Shown here piece after piece: positions 29,840 through 39,448 of a DNA stretch of 64,000 bases; positions within the stretch are counted from its first letter, which is position 1; every line of letters begins with the position of its first letter. The notes beneath the pieces were generated by a model. It did no database searches and had not been told where the DNA came from. It saw only the letters and a list, made by a program, of their open reading frames with translations. The position numbers were made by a program, and so were the translations under genes. The stretch comes from Myxococcota bacterium. GTDB taxonomy: Bacteria > Myxococcota_A > Polyangia > Nannocystales > Nannocystaceae. The stretch is from contig JBCCHT010000007.1 in the NCBI GenBank assembly GCA_039028615.1, forward strand, positions 64,001 to 128,000. The letters are read 5' to 3'.

Positions 29840-29855
29840 TGGCATGTGCGTTGCA
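29840..29855 (+). promoter_or_regulatory. sigma54 -24/-12 promoter
   Basis: TGGCATGTGCGTTGCA = GG-N10-GC with TGGCA and TTGC; no credible downstream + strand CDS. Confidence 0.7.
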
Positions 29856-29865
29856 CATCGCTGGA

Positions 29866-30076
29866 CATCAACGGGACTTGTTGTTTTCGTCGTCGGCAAT
29901 ACCGACCAACCAAGAACCGCGACACTTCAAGAGCTACAGCGCGACCGTGGTCACCGTTCGGGTCACATTTTGGGGGCGACCCGGGCGGTGGCCCATTTTC
30001 GCCAGCACGAGTTAATGCGACCGAGGTCGCCGCTCGGACCCAATTTGGGGGCGGTCCGGGCGGCGACCGTTTTATT
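29866..30076 (+). ncRNA. Candidate sigma54-dependent small RNA with three stem-loops
   Basis: Lies downstream of the sigma54 motif. Two homologous 16-bp hairpins show compensatory changes and G-U pairs only on the + strand, and end in a U-rich tail. Confidence 0.55.
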
Positions 30077-30126
30077 GACCACCGGCCGGGAACGGTACGA
30101 CCGCGGGTTGGAACCCCCGTCGAAGC

Positions 30127-31602
30127 TCACTCCAGGCGGAACTCGATGCGTCGGTTCTGAGCTCGTCCGCGCTTGGACTTGTTGTCGGCAATCGGCTCGT
30201 CCGGACCCGCGCCGCGAGTGGTGATGCGTGAAGCATCGACGCCCTTGTCGACCAAGTAGTCCTTCACTGCGTCGGCCCGACTCTGCGACAGCGCCATGTT
30301 CTTGTCGCGCTTGCCCTTGCTGTCGGTGTGCCCGCTGATCTCGACCTTCACGCCTTCGTACTTGTTCAACACCCCGGCGACCTCGTCGAGGATGCCCTTG
30401 GACTTCTTGCGGATGGTCGACTTCCCGGTGTCGAAGCGGATGCCCTCGAGGACACCATTGAACTTCGAGATTTCGTCCGGCAGGTCGTCGGGGCAGCCGT
30501 CGGTGTCTTCGAAACCGTTGTAGTTCTCCGGCTCGTTCTCGCACGAGTCGCTGATGTCGAGGATGCCGTCGCCGTCGGAGTCGGGGATCGGGCAGCCGTT
30601 GGGACCGTCGCCCCACTCTTCGGGGCACTCGTCGCGACCGTCGTCGATGCCGTCGCGGTCACCGTCGCGGGTGGTCGGGCAGCCATCGTCGCCGTCGCCC
30701 CACTCGTCGGGGCACTCGTCGTAGTAGTCGGAGATGGTGTCGTCGTCGCGGTCGGACCGCTGCTCTCGCCACTTGTCGCCGACCCACTTGGTGAGGCGAA
30801 TGTTCACCTCGATCCCGAACAGCAGCTCGCCGTGGTGGGCCCGGCCTCCGGTGGTGCTGGTGCCGGTCACGATGTGCCGACCGTCCATGCGTACCGCGAC
30901 CCAGTCGTTGATGTAGAACTTCGCGCCCGGGCCCCAGTGGAACGCGGGGTCGGTGCTGTTGAGGATGTCGGAGCCGGCCGAGCGCGCGCCCAAGACCCCG
31001 CCACCCACCGCGAGGGTCGGCGACAGCCGATACGGCAGCGCTCCGATGACGTGCCCGCGCACCGCGAAGAAGTGGGCGCTGGTCCCTTCGCTCGCGCTAT
31101 TGGTGGGCATGCCTCCGCCCTCGAAGCCGACCCCGACGTAGGGGATGGGCATGTACTCGAGGCGGAACCCGGCGTCGAAGTTGCTGCGGCGAGTGCTGGG
31201 CTGCGGACCCAGGCTGCGATCGAAGAGCCCGTGGTTGTTGGCGCGCCAGAACACACCCAGGTAGCCCCCCGCGTTGAGCATGTGATTGGTCGGCTTGTAG
31301 CGCTGGAAGAAGGGCCGGTTGTCCTTCTCCTTGGGCTTTCGCTTGCGCTTGCCTTCGCCGCTGGCCTTCGCCCCGCCGCCCAGGCTCACCGACGCACTGC
31401 CCGACGCCGACGCCCCCGAGTCCTCGTCGTCGGCGTCGCTCGCCGGCGCCTCGTCCTCCTCGTCGTCGAGCACGAGGTCGTCGTCCTCGGCATCGGGTGC
31501 CGCCACCGCGAGACTGGGGACGAGCCACGGGGCCAAACCCAGGCCCAGGCTCAACATAATCACGCGGGAGGGGTCGAACACCGTTCGTCGTAGCTGTGCC
31601 AT
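30127..31602 (-). CDS. OmpA family protein (barrel-TSP3 repeats-OmpA_C)
   Basis: DGDRDGIDD..DECP repeats; ISGHTDSKG, LSQSRADAV, NRRIEF. Confidence 0.93.
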   Translation of the reverse strand: MAQLRRTVFDPSRVIMLSLGLGLAPWLVPSLAVAAPDAEDDDLVLDDEEDEAPASDADDEDSGASASGSASVSLGGGAKASGEGKRKRKPKEKDNRPFFQRYKPTNHMLNAGGYLGVFWRANNHGLFDRSLGPQPSTRRSNFDAGFRLEYMPIPYVGVGFEGGGMPTNSASEGTSAHFFAVRGHVIGALPYRLSPTLAVGGGVLGARSAGSDILNSTDPAFHWGPGAKFYINDWVAVRMDGRHIVTGTSTTGGRAHHGELLFGIEVNIRLTKWVGDKWREQRSDRDDDTISDYYDECPDEWGDGDDGCPTTRDGDRDGIDDGRDECPEEWGDGPNGCPIPDSDGDGILDISDSCENEPENYNGFEDTDGCPDDLPDEISKFNGVLEGIRFDTGKSTIRKKSKGILDEVAGVLNKYEGVKVEISGHTDSKGKRDKNMALSQSRADAVKDYLVDKGVDASRITTRGAGPDEPIADNKSKRGRAQNRRIEFRLE

Positions 31603-31782
31603 GCAATGCGGCTTTCGGGGCGAGATGGAGGTCGGTGAAGGCGAAAAACCTACATCTTCACGCTACACGGCCGGCGCGGGGAAGGTCAATTTCCTCGACC
31701 GCTGCGCCCCCTTTTCGGAGCAACCACGGCCTGGATTCTGGCTCCCGCCACGGTCGGTGGGGCTCGATGCCCCACTGACTTT

Positions 31783-33501
31783 TCAAACCTCGTCGCAGGT
31801 GGTGCCGACCGGCGCCTCGAGCTGACAGCTCACCTCGACCGAAGTGCCCGCCGCGATCGGAACGCCCGGGCGTCGCTCGATCACGAACTCGAGGTTCGAC
31901 CCCACGGTGACGCACTGCGGCGACATGTCGTCGACGTCGTTGGGCGTCGACTCGTCGGGATCGGTCAGCGCCAAGTAGCACGCGTCGACATCGGGTGAGG
32001 GGAAGGCCCAGCCACCCTTCAGCACGGTACACGGGGGCACGGGCATGTCCGGCGTGGCCCCGGTGAAGGTCTCGAAGAGCGTGCAGTCGGGCTCGAGCGA
32101 CGCCGTCTCCGGCTCGGCATCGACCACGCACCCGTTGAAGCACGCGCGCTCGCTGACCTCGCCGATCGCGTCGGCGATCTGCTCGAGCGGCGCCGAGTAG
32201 TCGTCGGAGCAGATCGAGTGGATGTTGCGCTCTTCGGTGGCGAACGCCTCGGCGAACTGCCGCAGTCGAACCGGGGGGATGCCCGGTGGGCTGTGGACCG
32301 TCTCCGTGCCCTGCCCGCAGCCGGGCCCGATGCCGTACTCGAGGTTGAAGTCCTCGAAGGCCGAGTCCTCGTAGATGATCTCGCCGGTGTCGGGGTAGTC
32401 GAGCGGCACCCCGGCCAGCAACGCCACCAGCACCTCGCCTTGGCCCCCGTCCATCTGCTTCTGCTCGGAGATGTCGGTGAGCACGTCGATGTAGCGCTGC
32501 ACGGGAAAGAGCACCGCCTCGTCTTCATCACTGGTGATCAAGCCGTCGCGGTCTTTGTCGGCCACCACGCAATCGTCGTAGACGCCGGGACCGCCTTCGC
32601 AGCTCACCCCCGCCGCCCAGCACACGCCGGACGAGGAGCGGTCGGGGTGGGTCCAGAACACCGAGCCCGCGTCGCTGCTGATCCACGACATGTTGGACTC
32701 GCTCATCGAGCAGTCGGCCTCGTCGGTCACGAAGATGACCGCGAGCAAGGCGTCGTCGCGCACGAAGCCCTCGAGGTCATCGAGCAGCGCGTTGCGCATC
32801 GCCTCGAGCGGCCGCTCGAAGCCCGGCCCGTTGATCCCCTGCGGACCGATGCACTGGAGCACCTCGGTCATCCCCACGCCCGGCGGCAGGTTGGTCTGTC
32901 CGCTGCTCTTTTCGACCCAGGGCTCGGGGATGGTGATGAGATCGATGTCGCAGTTGTCGAGGCAGCCGCGCTGACGCTCGTCGATGGTGCCGAACTGCCA
33001 GGTGAACGTGAACTCGTTCAGGCGCGTGCGACAGCTGGTGGCTCGCAGCCCGCCATCCCCCGCGCTGGTGGTGATGCCGATGCGGTAGTTGGCCCCGACC
33101 TGCTGGTTTTCGAGGACATCGATGAACGACGCGAAGTTCTGTGCCAGCGTGCCCTGCTCACCGCCCATCGAGCCCGAGTTGTCGATGACGAACAAGATGT
33201 CCACCGCTCGACGCAGGCTGATCGCCGCCGTGCACAGGTCCGGCGAGTCGATGCACGAGGGCTCCCCCGTCGACGTGCTCTCGGTCGTATCGGTGAGAGT
33301 GGTGGCCGTCGGATCGGTGTCGCTGCCGGTCGAGTCGGGCAGTCGTCCGCTGTGGCCGGGAGGCACATCGGAATCCACACCACCCGTGGTCGCCGGGCCG
33401 TCTCCCGCCCCGCCCGCGCTCGAGCTGGTCGAGAGGCCCGGAGGCGTACGACCGCAGGCCGCGAGGGCGACGAAAGCTGCCAAAAACGAAGACCGCGACA
33501 T
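31783..33501 (-). CDS. Myxobacterial vWA-domain Cys-rich lipoprotein
   Basis: Lipobox LAAC; VDILFVIDNSGSM (MIDAS), E.PLEA, VIFVTDEADCS, SICSDDYS. Confidence 0.85.
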   Translation of the reverse strand: MSRSSFLAAFVALAACGRTPPGLSTSSSAGGAGDGPATTGGVDSDVPPGHSGRLPDSTGSDTDPTATTLTDTTESTSTGEPSCIDSPDLCTAAISLRRAVDILFVIDNSGSMGGEQGTLAQNFASFIDVLENQQVGANYRIGITTSAGDGGLRATSCRTRLNEFTFTWQFGTIDERQRGCLDNCDIDLITIPEPWVEKSSGQTNLPPGVGMTEVLQCIGPQGINGPGFERPLEAMRNALLDDLEGFVRDDALLAVIFVTDEADCSMSESNMSWISSDAGSVFWTHPDRSSSGVCWAAGVSCEGGPGVYDDCVVADKDRDGLITSDEDEAVLFPVQRYIDVLTDISEQKQMDGGQGEVLVALLAGVPLDYPDTGEIIYEDSAFEDFNLEYGIGPGCGQGTETVHSPPGIPPVRLRQFAEAFATEERNIHSICSDDYSAPLEQIADAIGEVSERACFNGCVVDAEPETASLEPDCTLFETFTGATPDMPVPPCTVLKGGWAFPSPDVDACYLALTDPDESTPNDVDDMSPQCVTVGSNLEFVIERRPGVPIAAGTSVEVSCQLEAPVGTTCDEV

Positions 33502-33530
33502 CTAATTCCTACCAAAGGGTATGCTACGAG

Positions 33531-34154
33531 GTGGCGGTCACCGCCGCAAGCGTCGGACCGCAACGAAGCGCCCCCGGACTCGCAAACGCGCGGCGGCCTC
33601 GCGGCTGGCCGGGTAGGTCTCCACCAGACAACGGGACCCCTCGTGCTATTGGAACAAGTACCGTGGCGTGGTCTCGCCGAGCGCGACTTTTGGGGATCTT
33701 GGCCCTCGTGGCCCTGTCCACCCCGTTTGCGTTGGTGATCGAGACCGGCATTCGGCAGCAAATGATGCCACCCGACTTCGAGAAGGTTCGGGCGTGGCTC
33801 AGCCCGGCCCTCACCCCGTGGGCGTGGGGCATGGTGCCGCTGGCCGTGGTGGCCACCGTGGTGGGCTGGGGTATCCGGGGCTGGCTCGTCCGCCGCGGGC
33901 TCCGCAAGGCTCCCGCCGATGCCGATCCGGTCAAGCTCCGCGATCGCCTCTCGCTCGAGAGCGTGATCTTGGCCAGCTCGGCCGCTCAGCTCCCCGCCCT
34001 CGGCGCGACCCTGCTGTTCATGATGGGCGCGCAGCTGCTGCCCGTCGCCGTCACCATGGCCGTCGCCACCCTCGGCGTGTTCTCGCTCGGCATCTGGACC
34101 CGCGACCGCGACGTGCCCGTCGAAGATCGCGGGTCCCTCGAGACCGTAGACTAG
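33531..34154 (+). CDS. Hypothetical membrane protein (about 4 TM); start uncertain
   Basis: Hydrophobic segments, host-like codon usage; its stop overlaps the convergent gene's stop. Confidence 0.65.
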   Translation: MAVTAASVGPQRSAPGLANARRPRGWPGRSPPDNGTPRAIGTSTVAWSRRARLLGILALVALSTPFALVIETGIRQQMMPPDFEKVRAWLSPALTPWAWGMVPLAVVATVVGWGIRGWLVRRGLRKAPADADPVKLRDRLSLESVILASSAAQLPALGATLLFMMGAQLLPVAVTMAVATLGVFSLGIWTRDRDVPVEDRGSLETVD

Positions 34155-37100
34155 TCGCGCTCGGCGTAGGCCCGCAGCACGCGGAAGGCCCAGTCGTGGC
34201 TCTCGGTGCCCTGGCCGTACTTGGTCATGAAGGTGCGGGCGAACTGCTGGCGCTTTTCGGCCTCGGCTCCGTTGAGCTCGAGCGCGATGAGTCCGGCCAC
34301 CGCCCGCATCGTGCCCGGCAGCGGGAACTCGGGCTGCTCGAAGGTCGGCTCGAGCTTGTCCCATAGCTGCGGGCCATCGCGTCGCGCCAGCGCGTCCATG
34401 ATCTCGATGCTCAGGCGAATGTCGGCCGGCATGTCGGGATGAAGCTCGATGTTCTCGACGACTTCCTTCCACCAGTTGCTGCTCGCCACATCGACGTGGG
34501 GAATGGTCAGCTCGTAGAGCTGATACGTGGCCACCATCCACGCGTCCCAGTTCTCCGGGAGCACCGCCTGCTTCTGCTTCCACAGCGGCATGTACACCGC
34601 ATTGAGTTCATCGGGGATCGGCGTGTTCGGGTCGTCGTAGACCCGCAACAACAGCGCCGCGTGCTCGAGCTCCTCGAGGATGTGCGGGTCGCGACGGTCA
34701 CCGATGCCCCAGGCGGGATAGGGCCGCGGCTCGATCCCCGCCAGCACGGGCAGCAGCGGCCCCGGGCTGAAGCGAATGCGATGCAGGAACTCGGCCGAAG
34801 ACCGCAAGAAGCGCTGCTTCTCCGCCCCGGTATCGAGCAACGGCGCGACGTCGCGGTTGGGCACGCGCTTGGAGATGAACGGATGCAGCAGCTGGCGATT
34901 GGCCACGATGAGCCCGTCGATCTGTGCCGCATCGTGGATCCCCAGCAGCGCGAAGCTCTCCTTCATGCCCTCCCACTCCAGCACGTCGGCGGACAGCTCG
35001 GGGACCGGCCCGTCGGGGGCGCTGAGGATGACCCAGTCGTAGTTGCCCACGCGCACGATGAGGTAGTCCTCGAACTCCTGGTCGATGGCCGACAGAACGC
35101 TCATGAGCAGCTCGTCGGACAGCTCGTAGCCGTGCAGCCACTGGCCGAGCACGCCGCCCGGCTTCAGGTAGCGCTTGACCTCCTGATAGAACTCGACGGT
35201 GAACAGGCTGGAGACGCCGCTCACCCACGGGTTGGTGGGCTCGGAGACGATGAAGTCGTACTTCAGCCCGGCCGAGGCGAAGTAGGCCTTGGCGTCGTCG
35301 TAGATGATCGAGCTGCGCGGGTCCTCGTAGGCGCGATGGTTGACCGCGTTGAACAGGCGAGAGCCCTCGACCATCTGCGGCTCGATCTCCACCGTGTCGA
35401 GCCGGGTGAGGTTGGGCGAGCCCAGCACGGTGTGCACCGTGATCCCCGAGCCGAAGCCGATGATCGCCCCGTCGGTGGCCTCCGGTCGGGCCATCAGCGG
35501 CACAATGCCCACCAGGAACTGGGTGGGCTCGTCGCCCGCGATCTCGGGGCCCAGCTCCGGGTCGCGATCTTCGGGCCAACGATCGAGGATCACCGACGCG
35601 TCCGGTTTTCCGTTGGCGTAGATGACGTGATAGCCCTCGTAGGCCTCGTTGCGGATCACGGTCACCGTGGAGGTGCGCCCGTCGACGTAGTGGAGGATTT
35701 CGTAGCTGTCGGGCAGGTGGATGCGCCCGCTCCGGAACACGGTCGAGGTCAGCACCATGGGGTCGATGTGGATCGAGCTCATGGCCACCGCCACCGTCAG
35801 GACGGTGCCCGCGATGGCCGTGCGCAAGAACGTGCGCACCCGGGCGGTGGCTCGGCCCACCCGCACCTCGTGCAGGATGAGCAGGACCCCCAAGACCATG
35901 TCGAACACGGCCCCCAGGATCACCACGCCCTTGATCCCGATCAGCGGCATGAGCAGCAGGCCCGCCGCCACCGCGCCGCTGATGGCCCCCAGCGTGTTGA
36001 CCCCGTAGACGTTGCCCACCACGCTCTCGGCCTGGCCGCGCTTGAGCATCACGTGGGTCAGCAGCGGCAAGGTCATGCCCGCGCAGAAGGTGGCGGGGAA
36101 CATGATCAGCAGGCACAGCAGGTAGCGCAGGACGTTGAAGACCCGCCACAGGCTCTCGGTCCGCGACAGATCGAGCTGCACGAGGATCAGGTCGCGGGAG
36201 CCCGCGTCGAAGTCCATCAACCAGCCCATCGCCATGATGGCGTACTGGTACAGCGGCAAGGTGAGGATGGCGGCCAGGCCCATGGCCAGCTGCACCACCG
36301 CCAGCACCACCTCCGGGCGCTTCATTCGATCCATGCGCTTGCGGATGAACAAGCCGCCCATCGCCAGGCCGAGGATGAACGCCGACAACATCACCTCGAA
36401 GGAGTGGGTCGCCGACCCCAGCACCATCGAGAGCAGGCGAATCCAGCCGATCTCGTACATGAACGAGGACAGGCCGGTGCCGAAGGCCACCGCCAAAAAC
36501 AGCCACACCAGCGGCCCCCGGCTGGCCTCGCTGGTCTTTTCCTCTTCTTCGCGATGCTCGATGGGCGGCGCGGGTTCTCGATCCCGCAGCGCGATCAACA
36601 TGATGAACACGTTGATCGCGGCCGCGACCATCAGCGTGCCGGGCAGGCCGAGGCGGGCCACCAGCACGAAGCCGGAGAACAGCGCCCCCAGCGACGCGCC
36701 CAGGCTATTGGTGAAGTACAAAAGGCTCAGCACCTCGCCCGAGCGCTCGAGGTCTCGCCTCAGGATCCCCACGCTCATCAGCGGGAAGGTCGTGCCCAGC
36801 ATCACGCACGGCGGAAGGATCAGTGCGGCCGCGACGAGCCACTTGGTCACCGAGACTGCGACTCCGCCGCCCAATGCGGGAAAGAGCACGTCGTAGCTGA
36901 GGCGTACCGCCCCCTCGTGGAGGTAGGGGAACGCGAGTGCGTAGAGTCCTATGCACCCTTCGATCACACCGTAGACCCACACCGGTGAACGCACGCGCTT
37001 GAGGTAGCGACCCGCCAGCAGGGCGCCGGCCGACATCCCGCCCATGAACAGGCTCAGCACCAGGATCTGTGCCGTAGCGGCGCTTCCGACGAAGAGCCGG

Positions 37101-37210
37101 ATGTAGCGCGACCAGAGCGACTCGTAGATGAGGCCGCTGACCCCGGACAAGAAGAACAGCAGCAGCAGTACGCCCCACCGTCGGGTGGGCCGGGGTTGTG
37201 GTTCGCGCAT
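34151..37210 (-). CDS. Fused multi-TM (MFS-like) / spermidine-synthase-like protein
   Basis: FFLSGVSGLIYE..W.R, LY..NSLGA..G, IIGFGSGIT, VEIEP, DDAK, YDFIVSEPTNPWVSG...LFT.EFY. Confidence 0.9.
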   Translation of the reverse strand: MREPQPRPTRRWGVLLLLFFLSGVSGLIYESLWSRYIRLFVGSAATAQILVLSLFMGGMSAGALLAGRYLKRVRSPVWVYGVIEGCIGLYALAFPYLHEGAVRLSYDVLFPALGGGVAVSVTKWLVAAALILPPCVMLGTTFPLMSVGILRRDLERSGEVLSLLYFTNSLGASLGALFSGFVLVARLGLPGTLMVAAAINVFIMLIALRDREPAPPIEHREEEEKTSEASRGPLVWLFLAVAFGTGLSSFMYEIGWIRLLSMVLGSATHSFEVMLSAFILGLAMGGLFIRKRMDRMKRPEVVLAVVQLAMGLAAILTLPLYQYAIMAMGWLMDFDAGSRDLILVQLDLSRTESLWRVFNVLRYLLCLLIMFPATFCAGMTLPLLTHVMLKRGQAESVVGNVYGVNTLGAISGAVAAGLLLMPLIGIKGVVILGAVFDMVLGVLLILHEVRVGRATARVRTFLRTAIAGTVLTVAVAMSSIHIDPMVLTSTVFRSGRIHLPDSYEILHYVDGRTSTVTVIRNEAYEGYHVIYANGKPDASVILDRWPEDRDPELGPEIAGDEPTQFLVGIVPLMARPEATDGAIIGFGSGITVHTVLGSPNLTRLDTVEIEPQMVEGSRLFNAVNHRAYEDPRSSIIYDDAKAYFASAGLKYDFIVSEPTNPWVSGVSSLFTVEFYQEVKRYLKPGGVLGQWLHGYELSDELLMSVLSAIDQEFEDYLIVRVGNYDWVILSAPDGPVPELSADVLEWEGMKESFALLGIHDAAQIDGLIVANRQLLHPFISKRVPNRDVAPLLDTGAEKQRFLRSSAEFLHRIRFSPGPLLPVLAGIEPRPYPAWGIGDRRDPHILEELEHAALLLRVYDDPNTPIPDELNAVYMPLWKQKQAVLPENWDAWMVATYQLYELTIPHVDVASSNWWKEVVENIELHPDMPADIRLSIEIMDALARRDGPQLWDKLEPTFEQPEFPLPGTMRAVAGLIALELNGAEAEKRQQFARTFMTKYGQGTESHDWAFRVLRAYAERD

Positions 37211-37280
37211 TGCGGCGCGAAACATAGCGCGGCCCCTGGACGGCCTACCAGTCAAGGGGTGCTATAGTCCCGCGCACGTC

Positions 37281-37595
37281 ATGAAGTACTCCGTGAAGCA
37301 CGGCTTGTCGGAACGATCCCAGGTACGCACCGTCGTCGAGAAGGCATACCTCGCCTACGAGGAGCGCCTGGCCGACTACAAACCCTCCATCCAGTGGGGC
37401 ACGGACGACAAGGCCACAATCGGCTTCAATGTGATGTCGCAGGCCCTCAGCGCCCAAGTCGAGTTCGACGACGACGAGCTGCGCATCGACGGCAAGGTGC
37501 CGTTTCTGTTCAAGCCCTTCCAGAAGAAGATCGAGGACGTCCTCGGTCGCGAGATGGAAAAGTGGCTCGAGAAGGCTCGCAACGGCGAACTCTGA
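37281..37595 (+). CDS. Polyhydroxyalkanoic acid system protein-like (PHA_gran_rgn)
   Basis: 104 aa; V.H.L, W..D, G.VPFLFKPF..KIE; TATAGT -10 box upstream. Confidence 0.65.
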   Translation: MKYSVKHGLSERSQVRTVVEKAYLAYEERLADYKPSIQWGTDDKATIGFNVMSQALSAQVEFDDDELRIDGKVPFLFKPFQKKIEDVLGREMEKWLEKARNGEL

Positions 37596-37640
37596 GCGGG
37601 CGCTCCCAACGGCGCCCGCCCCCGTGTGCGACCGGTCGAC

Positions 37641-38897
37641 TCAGTCGACCTTGCAGATCTCGTCAGTGTCGAACTCCGCTTCGTAGTCGACACCCGGGAT
37701 GTCGAAGCCACGGGTCTTGGCGTACTCCGACATGAACTTGTCGTAGAGCGCGTCGGGGCACTCGTCGCCGACCTTGGCCGCCTCGAATCGCGTGGCGAGC
37801 TGCGACTGGATCTCGTCGGTCAGCTCGCGGTCGTCCATGCGAAGCAACCCTTCGTCGTCGAGGGTCGGCCCCGCCTCGCCGAAGTGCTCCTCGAACATGC
37901 GCTTCATGCTGGCGGCCGGGTCCTCGTGGCCTTCGCCCATCACGTCGAGCAGGTGGGCCAGGTAGAACGAGACCCCCGGGATGCCGCCCGACGCCTCGGT
38001 CACCACCGCCGGACCCTCCACCGCGATGGCCCGCCCCGACACGCGCTCCTGCAGCAGCACGTCGAGCGCCTTGGTGGTGTGCTCGAGGTCGGCCTTGGCC
38101 AGACCGATGAGCCCCTTGCGATAGACCCCCTCGTTGAGCGGGTTGCCGCGGTAGCTGATGGTCAGCAGCGAGAAGCCCTCGGACAGCACGTCGGCGGCCA
38201 GCAGCGTCGACATCCAACGATCGACGATTCCACCGCCCATGACGTAGATGGTGCCGATGGCCTCCTCGGGGGTGCCCGGCTCCACCGTCATCTCGACCAC
38301 GCGCGAGGGCTCGCCCTTGCGATCGTTGCGGCCGGTGAAGGTCTTGATGTTGACCGGGTTGCCCAGCGCACGCAGGGCGCTGTTGACCGCCTTGCCCGTG
38401 CGGGGGTCGAGCGCTCGCGGAGCGGCCAGCGACCAGATGACGCCGTCGATCTTGCCGCCGAAATGCTCTTGGATCTCGGCCACCACCGCGTCGCGCACCG
38501 CCGGGTCGAATGCGTCGCCCTGCACCGTGCGAGCGACGAGGCCTCGCGCCCGGAGCCCGCGCTCGAGCGCGACGTTGCGATGAAAACCGGGCGAGCCGAT
38601 CTTGCGGTTCTTGTTGTTGCTCTCGGGCGAGGGCAGCGCGTCGAGCGAGAGGTTGAGGGTGTTGGCGCCGCGGCACATGCCGAGCACCGCTCGCGCCGCG
38701 CTCCCGAAGCCACCCGAGCCGCCGACGATCAGCCAGTTGCCTCCCGATCCCGGCTTGGGCGCCTCGGCCGGCGCCACCGCCTCGAGCATGGCCTCGGCCG
38801 CGCGCTGAGTCCCGACCGGATGGAAGTTGCCGGGAAAGATCACGTGGCCCATGCCGGCGATGAAGCGATACTGGAACTTCGGGATCGCGAGCTTCAT
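37641..38897 (-). CDS. fabV: Enoyl-ACP / trans-2-enoyl-CoA reductase, FabV family
   Basis: HPVG, LIVGGSGGFG, GDAF, WSLAAP...DP.TG, T..VMGG, Y..G.IG.AK.DL, VVT.AS..IP, R.DD.EL, GF...GVDY. Confidence 0.88.
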   Translation of the reverse strand: MKLAIPKFQYRFIAGMGHVIFPGNFHPVGTQRAAEAMLEAVAPAEAPKPGSGGNWLIVGGSGGFGSAARAVLGMCRGANTLNLSLDALPSPESNNKNRKIGSPGFHRNVALERGLRARGLVARTVQGDAFDPAVRDAVVAEIQEHFGGKIDGVIWSLAAPRALDPRTGKAVNSALRALGNPVNIKTFTGRNDRKGEPSRVVEMTVEPGTPEEAIGTIYVMGGGIVDRWMSTLLAADVLSEGFSLLTISYRGNPLNEGVYRKGLIGLAKADLEHTTKALDVLLQERVSGRAIAVEGPAVVTEASGGIPGVSFYLAHLLDVMGEGHEDPAASMKRMFEEHFGEAGPTLDDEGLLRMDDRELTDEIQSQLATRFEAAKVGDECPDALYDKFMSEYAKTRGFDIPGVDYEAEFDTDEICKVD

Positions 38898-39041
38898 GAC
38901 GAAGCGGGTCGTAACACATCAGCGCGAGAGCCCGCGAGCGGAGCCGCGCAGCCGCCCATGACCGTGGCGACGCTCACGCGCACGCCCCTGCACGCCCGCG
39001 CCCCGTTTGCCTTGTTCCGGTCGCGATGAAACCCTGACCGA

Positions 39042-39446
39042 GTGACCGACACGGGCCTAGAGATCGAGAAGCTCTGGAGTGCGCTCAAAGGCCTCGAAAT
39101 CGGCCTGCTCCCCGAGGAAACGACGGTGCCCACCGTTCGCATCCAGGTCGAGGGCGGGGGCGTGCTCGAAGTGTTCCGCGCCCAGGTCGTGGAGGCCGCG
39201 ATGGTCGCGTGGCGGGTGCGTGGTTTCACCGACGATGGCTCGGTTCGCCTCGCCGTGATCCTGGGGACCCAGGATGGTCGCGCGATGGTGACCGAGCGCG
39301 TCATTCCCGAGCAGGCCAGCACCGTGGTCGCCGGGCTCGTGACGAACTTCGAGACGAGCACGCGGAGCATCAGCGACCTGTCCGAGGCCATCGCCGTCGC
39401 GATTCGCGAGCGCATGGGCGACCCGATTCCGCCCGGCAAGAACTGA
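39042..39446 (+). CDS. Hypothetical protein
   Basis: 134-aa ORF with host-like codon usage filling the gap; no recognised motif. Confidence 0.6.
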   Translation: MTDTGLEIEKLWSALKGLEIGLLPEETTVPTVRIQVEGGGVLEVFRAQVVEAAMVAWRVRGFTDDGSVRLAVILGTQDGRAMVTERVIPEQASTVVAGLVTNFETSTRSISDLSEAIAVAIRERMGDPIPPGKN

Positions 39447-39448
39447 GG

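Noticed and set aside
29941..30076. CRISPR mini-array
   Set aside because: Only two degenerate ~58-nt units with an ~18-nt spacer, and no cas genes.
30098..30123. tRNA T-arm-like GCGGGTTGGAACCCCCG
   Set aside because: No TTCGA, no D or anticodon arm and no acceptor stem; not a tRNA or supportable att site.
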